Assembly (NCBI RefSeq): GCF_000016745.1
Contig: NC_009483.1
Span: 2,310,001 to 2,342,000, forward strand
Source: Geotalea uraniireducens Rf4
GTDB taxonomy: Bacteria; Desulfobacterota; Desulfuromonadia; Geobacterales; Geobacteraceae
Length of the DNA stretch: 32,000 nucleotides
Direction of reading: 5' to 3'
Shown: in pieces, positions 15,779 through 25,900 of the stretch
Position numbering within the stretch: position 1 is the stretch's first letter
Layout of the letters: each line of letters starts with the position of its first letter
Translations under genes and position numbers: made by a program
The notes under the pieces: model-generated
Database searches by the model: none
What the model saw: only the letters and a program-made list of their open reading frames with translations
Told to the model about the DNA's origin: nothing

Positions 15779-17412
15779 GAAAGCCTCCCAGCCGCCCAGA
15801 CGGCGAGCTTTTCCCTGAAAATCTTCGCGTTGTGGCGGATATCGACCGGAAAGGCGGGGTGGAAGAGAATGGTGGTGATGCCGCGGGTATGGATGTGTGC
15901 ATCGGCGATGGCGAGGAGTTCCCGGCGCACCTTTTCCCGGTCGACCTTGGCGCCTTTTTCCAGTTCCACGCAGAGGACCGGCAGCTGCCGCCCCTTTTCC
16001 CCGATGCCGACGAGGGCGGTGCGGAAGACGGCCGGGTGGGTATTGAAGACCGCCTCGCAGGGAATGGTGAAGAGGGTCTCTTCCGGGGTCACCACCCGGT
16101 GCGATTTGCGGCCGCAGAACCAGATCCTGCCGTCTTCGTCTTTGCCGCCCAGGTCGCCCATGCGGTGGAAAAAGCCGCCGCCGGCCGGATCGTCGATCTT
16201 TGACAGCAGGTCGGCCTCGGGGCGGTTAAAATAGCCGTGCGTCACCTGTTCACCCTGGACGACGATCTCGCCGATTTTTCCTATCGGTGCGCGGAGCGAA
16301 TCGTCCCAGTAGGGGATCGGCTCGTCGCTGATCTCGATCACCTCCAGCCGCACACCTTCCACCGGCTTGCCGACGCAGACGCCGCCGCCGGCGTCGGTGA
16401 TGCGCCGCGTTTCGCCCAGGATTTCACTGCTGCCGATGGAGCAGACCGGCAGGGCCTCCGTCGCCCCGTAGGGGGTGAAGACCTCGACCCCAGCATTGAG
16501 CATGCGGGTGAATCGCTCCATGACCGCAGCCGGGACCGGTGCTCCAGCGGAGATGACCCGCTTCAGGGTGGGGAGCTTCACTCCCTCCCTTTCGCCGAAA
16601 CGGCCGACCCGGTTGATGAGGGCCGGGGAACCGAACATGGTGGTAACACCGTAGGTCTCGATGGCCGACAGGATTTTCTTCGGATTGACCGAACCCGGCC
16701 GGGTGAAGTCCATCTCAGGGATGACTGCGGTCATGCCGAGGGCCGGGGCAAATAGGGCGAAGAGGGGAAAGGTGGGAAGATCGATCTCTCCCGGCTCGAT
16801 ACCGTAGACGCGGCGAAGCGCATCCACCTGGGCGGCAAAATTGCCATGGCTGTAAACCGCACCCTTGGGCGGACCGGTGCTGCCGCTGGTGAAGAGGATG
16901 GCTGCCGTATCGTCCCGCTCCGTCGGCGCCAGGGGAAATGGGAGCTTCTCCTGCTGTTCGATGAGGCTGGTCAGGGTTGTTCCCTCCCAGAACAGCCGCC
17001 GTCCCACGGTGATGAAGGTGGAAAGCGTCTCCTTCCCCCAGCCGAAAAGGAGTCGTGCGACATGCGCCTTGGGAATGCCGATGAAGGCGCGGGGCCCGGC
17101 CTCTGCCAGGCACTTCTTCAGGTTCTTCACCCCCAGACCGGGATCGATGAGGACCGGCACAGCGCCGACCTTGAACAGGGCGAAGGTAAGGGCGAAGAAC
17201 TCCGGCCCCGGGGTGACCATGAGCACCGTCCGTACACCCCGGCCGATGCCGTGATGCACGAGCCCGTGGGCGATCCGGTCGCTCATTGCATCCAGTTCGC
17301 GGAAGCTCAAACGGCGGTTCTTTTTGGGGAAGATGATGGCCGGGGCATCCGGCCGGCGGCGGGCCATCTCCGGGAGATGGGCGGCGATATTGACGAAATT
17401 GTCGGTATTCAT
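15775..17412 (-). CDS. oleC: OleC, AMP-dependent synthetase family (beta-lactone synthetase)
   Basis: The adenylate-forming motif is ILFTSGSTGPPKGAVYSHGNF, with later GDLG..DEDGRIWFCGRK. I prefer the ATG at 17412; the ORF-track TTG at 17424 has no spaced RBS. Confidence 0.85.
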   Translation of the reverse strand: MNTDNFVNIAAHLPEMARRRPDAPAIIFPKKNRRLSFRELDAMSDRIAHGLVHHGIGRGVRTVLMVTPGPEFFALTFALFKVGAVPVLIDPGLGVKNLKKCLAEAGPRAFIGIPKAHVARLLFGWGKETLSTFITVGRRLFWEGTTLTSLIEQQEKLPFPLAPTERDDTAAILFTSGSTGPPKGAVYSHGNFAAQVDALRRVYGIEPGEIDLPTFPLFALFAPALGMTAVIPEMDFTRPGSVNPKKILSAIETYGVTTMFGSPALINRVGRFGEREGVKLPTLKRVISAGAPVPAAVMERFTRMLNAGVEVFTPYGATEALPVCSIGSSEILGETRRITDAGGGVCVGKPVEGVRLEVIEISDEPIPYWDDSLRAPIGKIGEIVVQGEQVTHGYFNRPEADLLSKIDDPAGGGFFHRMGDLGGKDEDGRIWFCGRKSHRVVTPEETLFTIPCEAVFNTHPAVFRTALVGIGEKGRQLPVLCVELEKGAKVDREKVRRELLAIADAHIHTRGITTILFHPAFPVDIRHNAKIFREKLAVWAAGRLS

Positions 17413-17433
17413 CTGTTTGTTCAACCTTGCATG

Positions 17434-18318
17434 TTAAGTTCGGTCGAGAAACTCGCCGATGAGCGGCACCACTTCCTCTTTCATATCCTCCAGGATGTAG
17501 TGGCCGGCGTCGCTATAGCGGTGCACCTCCGCCTCGGGAAAGCGCCGTTGCCACTCGGCGAGGAATGAGCAGTCGAAGACGAAGTCCTGTTCCCCCCAGA
17601 ATACGGCCATCGGCAGGTTGCGGAACCGGTCGATTCCCGCTGCCACTTCGCTCACCAGGTTATAGTTCCTGTCGCCCGGCGAGAGAGGGATATCCTGGAC
17701 GAAACGGATGGTGGCGATGCGGTTCTGCCACGTGTCGTAGGGGCGCCGGTAGGCCTGCCGCAGCTCGGCGGACATCGGGTTTTTCTTGCAGCCGACAAAG
17801 GAGGCGGCGAGGCTGAAGGCATTGAAGCCTCGCACGAGGAGGGCGCCGAGCCGGGTGTCGCGGCAGATTTTCAGGGCCAACGGGAACGGTTTCTCCTTGG
17901 GGAGGTGGAATGCGGCGGTGTTGAGGATGACCAGCCGCTTGATCCGCTTAGGATGGCGGACGGCATAGGCCATGCCGATCATCCCGCCCCAGTCGTGGAG
18001 AACCAGGGTGATATTTTTGCTGATCCCCAGGGAATCGAGAAGCCTTTCCAGGTCATCCACCCGCCGGCTGAGGGTATAGTCGTAACGGTCGTCCCCAGGC
18101 TTGTCGGAGAAGCCGCAGCCGATGTGGTCCGGGACGATGCACCGGTAGCGGTCGCGCAGGGCCAGGACCAGGTTGCGGTAGTAAAACGACCAGGAAGGGT
18201 TGCCGTGGACCATGACCACCGGCTCGCCGCTCCCCTCGTCCAGGTAGTGGTAGCGCAGTCCGTCCAGGTTCAGGTTATGGCCGGTGAAGGGGTAGTATTT
18301 TTTTATATCGATGCTCAT
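17434..18318 (-). CDS. oleB: OleB, alpha/beta-hydrolase (haloalkane-dehalogenase-like beta-lactone decarboxylase)
   Basis: VVMVHGNPSWSFYYRNLV and LVLHDWGGMIGMAYA (nucleophile elbow with Asp) are present, and a C-terminal GHY supplies the His. It lies between oleA and oleC. Confidence 0.85.
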   Translation of the reverse strand: MSIDIKKYYPFTGHNLNLDGLRYHYLDEGSGEPVVMVHGNPSWSFYYRNLVLALRDRYRCIVPDHIGCGFSDKPGDDRYDYTLSRRVDDLERLLDSLGISKNITLVLHDWGGMIGMAYAVRHPKRIKRLVILNTAAFHLPKEKPFPLALKICRDTRLGALLVRGFNAFSLAASFVGCKKNPMSAELRQAYRRPYDTWQNRIATIRFVQDIPLSPGDRNYNLVSEVAAGIDRFRNLPMAVFWGEQDFVFDCSFLAEWQRRFPEAEVHRYSDAGHYILEDMKEEVVPLIGEFLDRT

Positions 18319-18556
18319 GGAGTATTAGTTCAATCCTTTTTTATAACTGTGGGTGGAAGAGCCGACGGAATCTCGTCCGTTCCGGTCGAGGACGAGCTGC
18401 GGACATGCACCTGTTTCTGCGCTGATCCCCGGAGCAGTAAATCAGCAGGGTTGTGGTACTCGATACAGCGGGCGGGTGTCCGCTTGCCGCTCGGCCTCTT
18501 CCTTCACTCCCGAGATCCCGCCGGCTCTTGCTCTTGGGCAGTTTCGGGACCGGTTT

Positions 18557-19600
18557 TTACCACTCCACGCCCAGCATCAGGCAGTTCAGACCGCTGCCGA
18601 TGCCGAGGAGAGCGACCCGGTCGCCTGGGGAGAGCATCTCCCGCTCTTCCGCAAGGGCGGCGGTAAGGGGGAGCGAGACGGTTCCCATGTTGCCGAGGAA
18701 TTCATAGCTGGTGAAGTCCTTTTCCAGGGGGATGCCGAGGGTCTTGAGGATGGCGCTCTGGTGCGCGGAGCCCACCTGGTGGCAGATCACCCGGTCTATC
18801 TCTTCGTTTCGCCACCCCACCTCGGGGAGGAACGCCTCCCAGGTGCGCCGCCCCAGTTCCACGCCGTAATTCATGACGTTCACCCCGTCGGTGCTCATGG
18901 ACTGGGTGTAACCTCCTTTGCCGTCGCTGGTCATCCCCCAGAGGCAGAGGCCGTTGTGTTCCGGGGCCGCCTGGGTGATGCCGCCGAGGAGGCGGCGCCT
19001 CTTGGCCGGGGTAAATGAGCCGTCGGTGAGGAGCACCGCTACGGCGCCGGAGCCGCCGGTGAGGGTGGCGAGGGATACGGCGAAGTTGGCCATGTTCCGC
19101 TCTTCCAGCATGCGGCTGATCATGATGTCGTTGATCTCCCGGGCGCTCTCGCAGGAGACGACGAGGCCCGCCCTGATCTGCCCCAGCTCGATCCGGTTCG
19201 CCACGTCGAGGATGCCGTTCAAAACGCCCAGACAGGCGTTGGAGAGGTCGAAGACCGCTGTGTTCCCCCTGATGCCGAGGCCGGCGGCGACGCGACAGGC
19301 AGTGGCCGGCTCGAACTGTTCCCGGCAGACGCCGGTGTAGATGAGAGCCCCGATGTCGGCAGGGGAGATGCCGGAAGCGGCAAGGGCCTTTTTCCCGGCA
19401 GCGATAGCCCCCTGGGAGAGCGGGTAGCCCGGCTCCCACCAGCGCCGCTCACGAATGCCGGTCAAGGCCTGCAACTGGCCCGGCGCAAAATGAAGTGCAC
19501 GGTAGAGCTGCTCCAGACGAGCTTCCAGCTCGGAGGAGGTGACCACCACCGGCGCCAGTTCATAGCCGAGGGCTTCGATATATACTTTGGAATACTTCAT
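18557..19600 (-). CDS. oleA: OleA, thiolase-superfamily (FabH-like) head-to-head acyl condensing enzyme
   Basis: The active-site Cys context is FDLSNACLGVLNG. VICHQVG is present, and the C-terminus GDRVALLGIGSGLNCLMLGVEW closely matches Xanthomonas OleA (GDRIALLGIGSGLNCSMAEVVW, from memory). Confidence 0.9.
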   Translation of the reverse strand: MKYSKVYIEALGYELAPVVVTSSELEARLEQLYRALHFAPGQLQALTGIRERRWWEPGYPLSQGAIAAGKKALAASGISPADIGALIYTGVCREQFEPATACRVAAGLGIRGNTAVFDLSNACLGVLNGILDVANRIELGQIRAGLVVSCESAREINDIMISRMLEERNMANFAVSLATLTGGSGAVAVLLTDGSFTPAKRRRLLGGITQAAPEHNGLCLWGMTSDGKGGYTQSMSTDGVNVMNYGVELGRRTWEAFLPEVGWRNEEIDRVICHQVGSAHQSAILKTLGIPLEKDFTSYEFLGNMGTVSLPLTAALAEEREMLSPGDRVALLGIGSGLNCLMLGVEW

Positions 19601-19665
19601 GGTTTACCTTCGTATAAATTCAGTTCAATCGTATTTAAATTCAGCAGTGTCAGGTTTTTGCTTAC

Positions 19666-19817
19666 GTCCCGTAGGGACAGAATGCTGGTAGCCGGGGAAT
19701 TCATTCCCCGGTCATCCAGGCAAAATATCATCACGTCACGTACGTGACGTGGGGGAAAATTGGGATCTGTTCCGGGGGATGAATCCCCCGGCTACATGCG
19801 GACGCCCCTAACGGGGC
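19666..19817. repeat. Nested, mirror-symmetric inverted-repeat structure in the pfaC-oleA spacer
   Basis: The 24-nt inverted copies GTAGCCGGGGAATTCATTCCCCGG (19688-19711) and CCGGGGGATGAATCCCCCGGCTAC (19772-19795) are each a hairpin on their own. Outer hairpins are GTCCCGTAGGGAC (19666-19678) and GCCCCTAACGGGGC (19804-19817). All are equidistant (about 40 and about 69 nt) from the centre at 19741/19742. Confidence 0.7.
19732..19751. promoter_or_regulatory. Perfect 20-bp palindrome CACGTCACGTACGTGACGTG (candidate operator or RNA stem)
   Basis: All 10 base pairs were verified position by position. It sits at the exact centre of the larger symmetric structure, between the pfaC-like stop (19921) and the oleA start (19600). 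Confidence 0.45.
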
Positions 19818-19920
19818 TTGACAACCTTGATGCAAAGACCTAACCGATGACAGCGCTGAAGCGGGCGTCAGATTTGAGATGATAACAAGGCGGCGAGGAG
19901 AAAGCGACGAGCCAACGAAG

Positions 19921-22900
19921 TTAGGGCTCAAATGTGGCGTCATGCTTCACCGTAAAATCATTCATCTGGTAAATTGTCTTTCCGTCCACGGCGAGGAAAC
20001 CGTCGGCAGTGAGAATCCGCTCCTTCTCGTCCACTGCTGTGATCCATGCAGAAACCGTCACCAGGCTGTTGGTCGGAACGACCTGCCCCCGGTAGAGCCA
20101 TCTGTGTTTGTGCTCGAGGGCGACGGCGGCGAGGGTATTCCCTTCCCGCCATCCCCAGCGCTCAACGGCAGCGAACTTGACCAGCTGGAGGAACGATTCC
20201 AGCCCGAGGGAGCCGGGTGTGACCGGGTCCTGGTAGAAATGGGCCTTGAAGAACCACTCGTCCGGGTTCACTTCCTTGATTCCCCTCATGTAGCCGAGCC
20301 CTTTGGGCCCGCCGTCCGGGACGAAGAGTTCGATCCGGTCGATCATCCGGAGCTTCTTTTCCGGGAATGGGGCGGTTTCCGGGTAAGGCAGGCTTCTGCC
20401 CCGTGCGATCTCTTCTGCCGTCGGCTGGTACGGGGCGGCGTCCCGCACCCCCACCTGGTCGGCGAGGGCTTCCCGGGAGAAAAAGCCGAACATGGTATCC
20501 CCCTCGTAGAGGATTCCTTGCCGGTCTGCCACTGAGAAGTCGTACTCCTGGATAATCATGCCGCCGCTCGTCGCCACCTTCTTCATGGTGGCGGTTGCGG
20601 TAAGGGTGCCGCATTCCGGTGTGACCGGCCGATGCTGGACCGCGGTTCCTCCAAGATTGCGGAAGGATATGTCGGTCGGGCTGGTGAGGGCCGAGCCGAC
20701 GTAGGCTGCGAGCCAGCCGCACGGCTGGAGAGCCGCTTCGAGAAGGACGGCGAAGGGCATGCGCGGCTGGCGCTCTGCGCTGAAATACCATGCGTCGGCG
20801 GGGACGTCGTACTGCGCCTCGGCCATGGCGCCGGCGACCATCTGCCACGGCTCGCCACGGACGGCGGTGACCCGGTCCATGAACTGGAACGGCGGGCCGG
20901 GGAGGCGGGCAATCTTCCGCTCGCTGTCGAAGATCCGGTACGGCGCGCCGAACCCTTCCGATGGCTTGCCGTTGCTGTAGGCGAGGATCTGCTCCTTGGT
21001 GTAGAGCGCAGGTTTGCCGGCAGCGACACCCGTGTAGGGGCGCTGCTTGCCGCGCCCTTGGTCTTGTACGGTGATGCCGGTCATGGGCGCAGCAAGCGGC
21101 GCCCCTACGTTTCCGCGCCAAAGGCCGGCCAGTTTTTCCCGGTTGGTCCCGCTAAGGCGCACCGACATGTTGGTGATCTCGACGATCGGCCTGCCGTCGG
21201 CGTACATGAGGGCGTCCACGATGGCATACGGCTCCGGCCGGTAACCGAGTTCACGAATGCTCACCTCGTAGGCGGCGATTTTCGTCGTTTCCAGGACCTG
21301 CCCCCGGCAGCTGAGCTGGCTCGCCACGCCGGGAACCGGTTCCCAGGCTGCCCCGTCCGCTTCCGCCACCCACCCCATGCGGAGGAGGAAGATGCGCAGC
21401 GTGTGGAGGCAGCACTCGTACATGAGAGTGCCGGGCATGACCCGGTCGTCGACGAAGTGGCAGGTGAGGAACCAGTCGGAGGGCGAGATATCCGCTTCGG
21501 CGCGAATGGAGCCGAGGCCGTAGCGCCCGCCATTGGGAACGAGCTCCATGACCCGGTGAACGAGGCGCATCTGCCCGCCGGGGATGGTCAGCGGGGTCGT
21601 CAGGTTGATGCCGGCGAAGTGCGGACCGAAGCAGCCTGCCAGGTCCCCGGCACGGAGGCGGTCCAACCGGCCTGCATCGTACGATTCCTGCGCCATCGGC
21701 ACGAGCTCCTGCCAGTCAACGGGTCGGTTTCCAGTGCGGGGGCGAAGGTCGATGTTCGGGCGGACGATCCCCTTGCCGGCGTCCAGTTCGGCGGCGGTAA
21801 AGAATCCGGCGCATCCGTCGCGCATGGTCAAAAGCGGCGCGCCGTTCACCGTCGCGTCGAAACGGAAGCGGAAGAGATAGGTCTCCCCCTGGCGGAAGAA
21901 GCGCTCGATGCTGATGTCGTAATGTATGGTCTCGCCGGGTCCCGGGAGCTCCCGATGGAAAGTGACCACTGCGTCGAGGAGGCGGTAGACCGCCATCCCC
22001 TTTGTGATGAAGTCGATCCCCAGATAGCCGGAGAGGAACAGGTCGGCCTGGCCGGCTTCGACGGCGATACAGGTGGGTATCCGCCCGCCGTCCAGGTACC
22101 AGGAGCCGGGATGGATGTCGTGCTCGGTCACCACCCTGCCGCTGGTCATGGATCGCGCGTCCCCTTCCAGCGCGACGATCCGGTCGACGAGCATGAGCGG
22201 TTCGTCCGGGAGGCGAACCCGGGTCGGAAAGGAGTCCGCCTCGCTAAAGGCGGGTCCGAGCATCCTGGCAACCTTGCCGCGGGCGAATTCGAGGCACATC
22301 TCCCGGTCGAAGACAGCCTTTGGCTGTATCGGCGGTGGTATGATCGGCTGCGGCACGGCTGTCTGACCGTCTTCAATAATTATCCCTGCGGCGGCGAGCT
22401 GCTCCTGGAGGGACAACTGAAAAGCCACGGCATCCGCCATGGAGCGGCTGATGCTGTCGGCAACGCGCAGGTATGCGTCGTGGGCTTGGAGCCGCGCTTC
22501 CTGGGCAGCCGCAAAGTCGCGGATGACCGGCTCCAGGTAACTTCCCGCGGACCTGTTGGTATTCATAGTCTGTTCCAGCTGAATAGCCCTGACTGGTGCT
22601 GCATCCGGAGCTGGAGACGTTGGCGGTGTGACAATCGGCGGTACGGAATATACAGGTGCCGTTGTTTGTTGTCCTGATACCTGCTGCTGAGTTGCCGGTG
22701 CGGCAGGTTGCACCCGCCGGCGCGGCGGCTGTGGCGGTTGGAACGCTTTTCCGCCGGACACGACCCGGACCGGTTCCCGCCGTGGAGTTTTTTCGCTGGT
22801 TGTCAGAATCTGCACCGGTGCTGCGGCAAACAGCGGATCAAGGTCGACCGGCACACGCTCGGCGACAAGCTGGGCAAGGAAGCGCAGAAGCGCTGATGTC

Positions 22901-25900
22901 GGGTCTACGCCGGGGTAGCAGGCGGACCTCGCCAAGTGGGGGCGTCCGGCAAGGATGCGGCTGATCATCCTGCTGCACGAACCGCCCGGTCCCATTTCGA
23001 GAAAGTGGCGGACCCCGTCATCATATGCTGCCTTGATTACGGCCGGGAAGTCGATGCCGTCAACTGCCTGGGCAAGGATGGAGTCGGCGGCGCTTTTCCG
23101 GTTGACCGCGTAAGAGCTTCCCTTGGCGCCGCTGTAGAAGGTTATCCCGGGCGGCGGGGTGGTTTCGAAGAGGTGGAGGTCCCGGTACGGTTCAGCCACT
23201 TCCCGCGCCACTTCGCAGTGGACCGTGGTCACCCCGTGGAGGGGGAAGAACCGGCAATCGAGCATGGCAACGAGGCGTTTGACCCCTTTCGCGTCTCCGC
23301 CGATCACGCATTCGTCGGGGGTGTTGACGATCAGGAGATAGACCCTCGATGTGGAACGGAGCGCACGGCGCACGGTATGGGCGGGGGCTTCCACCACGCC
23401 GATGCTCCACTCCACCTCTTTTCCTTCGCCGAGTCCCCAGGCGCGGCGCGCTGCCCGGCACTCTCCGGCCAGATCATGGGTAAATAGGGTGGATTCGCGC
23501 ATCCGGGTCAGCATCTCGTCCCTGGCGCGCCAGGCGCCGAGGGCGAATAGACCCGCCGATTCGCCGAGGCTGTAGCCGATCACCGTCTGGGGGTGCACGC
23601 CGAAGGACCGGACGATGTCGCTGACAGCGCAGCCTGTGGCGACCTGGCCGAAGATGACGGCTTGATGGTCGTCGTTGATCTCCGCTGGCGGTGCGCCGTT
23701 CCAGAAAAGTTCCGGCTGGAACTGGCTGCGGAGGTAGAGATTGTCGGCATCCCGGCGGCGGAATACTTCCGGCCAGCGGGAGGATAATTCCATCCCCATG
23801 CCGGAAAAGTGGTTGCCAGATCCGGGAAAGACGAAGGCGATCTTTCCCTCGCGGCCGACAGGGTTGGAGGAGTAAAAGAGCCGATCGCGCAGTGCAGGGT
23901 GGACATGCGGATCGTTTCCATTGCCGTCGTTGGCGAGGAGGTGGGCTCCCTGGTCGATGAGTGCGGCGAGTTCTTCCCGGTTTCTGGCGACCATGGCGAT
24001 GGCGAGCGGCTTCTTGCTTTCCGTATCCTCACGGGTGTGCCATTCCAGGGCAAGTGACGCCAGGTCACGGTTCGGCGCCTCATCTGACTGCCGGCGCAGC
24101 AGGTCGAGCCCCCGGGCAAGCTCCGCCTGGTTTTCACCGGTGAGGGTGAAGAGGAACTCTGTGCCGGGGCCGACCGGGGCAATCCGTTCCGGTTCGGCGC
24201 GGCGCGGGACACTGTCCCACCCTTCGAGGACCACGTGGCTGCAGGTACCGTCCACGCCGAAGACGCTTACGCCTGCCCGCCGCGGACCGTCAGCGCGGTT
24301 GCGAAGCCAGTAGCGCGGTGTACGGGGAAGGTAAAACGGGCCATCGGCCGGCAGTTCCGTGATCGGGTTCTCCACGGCGCGACTGGCCGGGATGATCTCC
24401 TGGTAGAGGGCAAGGCAGCCGCGTACAAAGGACGCGAGACCTGAAGCGGCGCCACAGTGGCCGATGTCACCCTTGACACCGGCAACAGCGCAGTGCCGGT
24501 TTGCCGGGCCGAAGAAGCCGGCCAGGGCCTTCGCCTCCATCCGGTCCTCAGCGGGGTGACCGCTGCCGCCGGCTTCAATGTAGCCGACTGTTTCGGGCCC
24601 GACACCTGCATCGTCGTAGGCCCGTTGCAGGGCCTGGCGATAGGCGGCATCTCCGGGGAGAAGCATTTCGCCGCCGGCAGCGCCGATTCCCTTGATTACC
24701 GCATAAATCCTGTCTCCGTCACGCTTGGCGTCTTCGAGCCGTTTCAGGACCACGGCCGTCGCGCCTTCGCCGATAATGCTGCCGTCGGCTTGCTCATCGA
24801 AGGGAATTCCCCGGCCGGAGCCGGAAAGGGGGCGTCGCGCGTGGTGGCCGAGGACAGCGCGCAGGTCTCCGGCAAGATCGACGGCTCCAACCAGCGCCCG
24901 GTCGATCTCCCTTGCATGGAGGAGCCTGACAGCGGTTTCCAGGGCGCGGATGCCCGAGCCTTCCTCGTTGGAAAGGGTGAAGCTGGGACCCCCGACCCGG
25001 AATTCCCGGGCAATGCGGCTTGCTACAACGCTCCCGAGGGCGCCCATGGTCCTGTTGGCCGTCAGGGGGGGGCCGGCTGCGTCACGGAGCGCAGCGGTCC
25101 ATGATGCCAGATCTTCCGCTGAAAGTTCGAGGCCGAGCTCCTTTTGCCAGGCGTCGGCTTGTTCGGCAAGCGACCAGCGGAAGCTGAAATTCGTCGTGTT
25201 GAGGTCGAGGGCGATGCCGATGAAGACTCCTGCCCGCAGGTTCCCGTCCCGGTCCAGGCCTGCATCGGCCATGGCTGCGGCCGCAGTCTGGAGCATGAGG
25301 AGTTGCTGGGGGAGCATTTCCTCCATTTCCCGCGGCGGGATGCGGAACTGCTCGGCGGCAACCGCAAACTCGTCCAGGTAATAACCTTTGAACGGGGTCC
25401 GGTCGAGCCCTTCATTCCGGAACCAGGCGCTCTTCTCCGCCCCCCACCATTTACGGGGCAGTGTCGGCTCGGCGGACTGATCCCCGCCAAGAACCCGTTC
25501 CTGGTACGAGCGGAGCGACTGCCAGGGGCCGAAGCGGGCGTCCATGCCGACCACGGCTATGGGCGTCTGCTGCGGCGGCATTTTTGCCGTCTTGGCGCGA
25601 GAGGTGCGTATCGACGCCTTCGGCAACCATTCCTCGACCAGCAGGTGCCCGTTGATGCCGCCGAAGCCGAAGGCGCTGACAGCTGCCCGGCGGGGAATGT
25701 TTTCGCCACGTCGCTGCCAGGGTATCCCGGTTGTCAGGACCCGGAAGGGGGTGTTGTCCAGATCCATCCCGGCCGGAGGGGCGGTAAAGTTGGCGGTCGG
25801 CGGCAGCATCCCTTCGTTCATGGCAAGCAGGACCTTGGTCAGAGCCGCAGCGCCGGCTGCGGTGAGGAGGTGGCCGATGTTCGACTTGACCGAGCCGATG

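Noticed and set aside
18341-18406. A 21-codon minus-strand ORF (MSAARPRPERTRFRRLFHPQL) in the oleA-oleB gap.
   Set aside because: It has no RBS, its composition is arginine-rich and shadow-like, and there is nothing to suggest it is translated.
19601-19920. A tRNA-like or small RNA gene in the pfaC-oleA spacer, because of multiple short GC hairpins.
   Set aside because: There is no cloverleaf and no T-loop GTTCGAATC-type motif. The hairpins are arranged as mirror-image inverted repeats, not as a tRNA.
20632-22677. Very long antisense or alternative-frame ORFs inside the PKS and ole genes and the cytochrome genes. Examples are 20632-22677 (+, 681 aa), 27393-28655 (+), 30813-31895 (+), 16846-17568 (+), 18702-19439 (-) and 2886-3953 (-).
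   Set aside because: They lie opposite or out of frame to genes with unambiguous catalytic motifs. Their translations are Arg/Pro/Gly/Ala-rich low-complexity sequence typical of shadow ORFs in GC-rich DNA. They have no RBS or recognisable domains.
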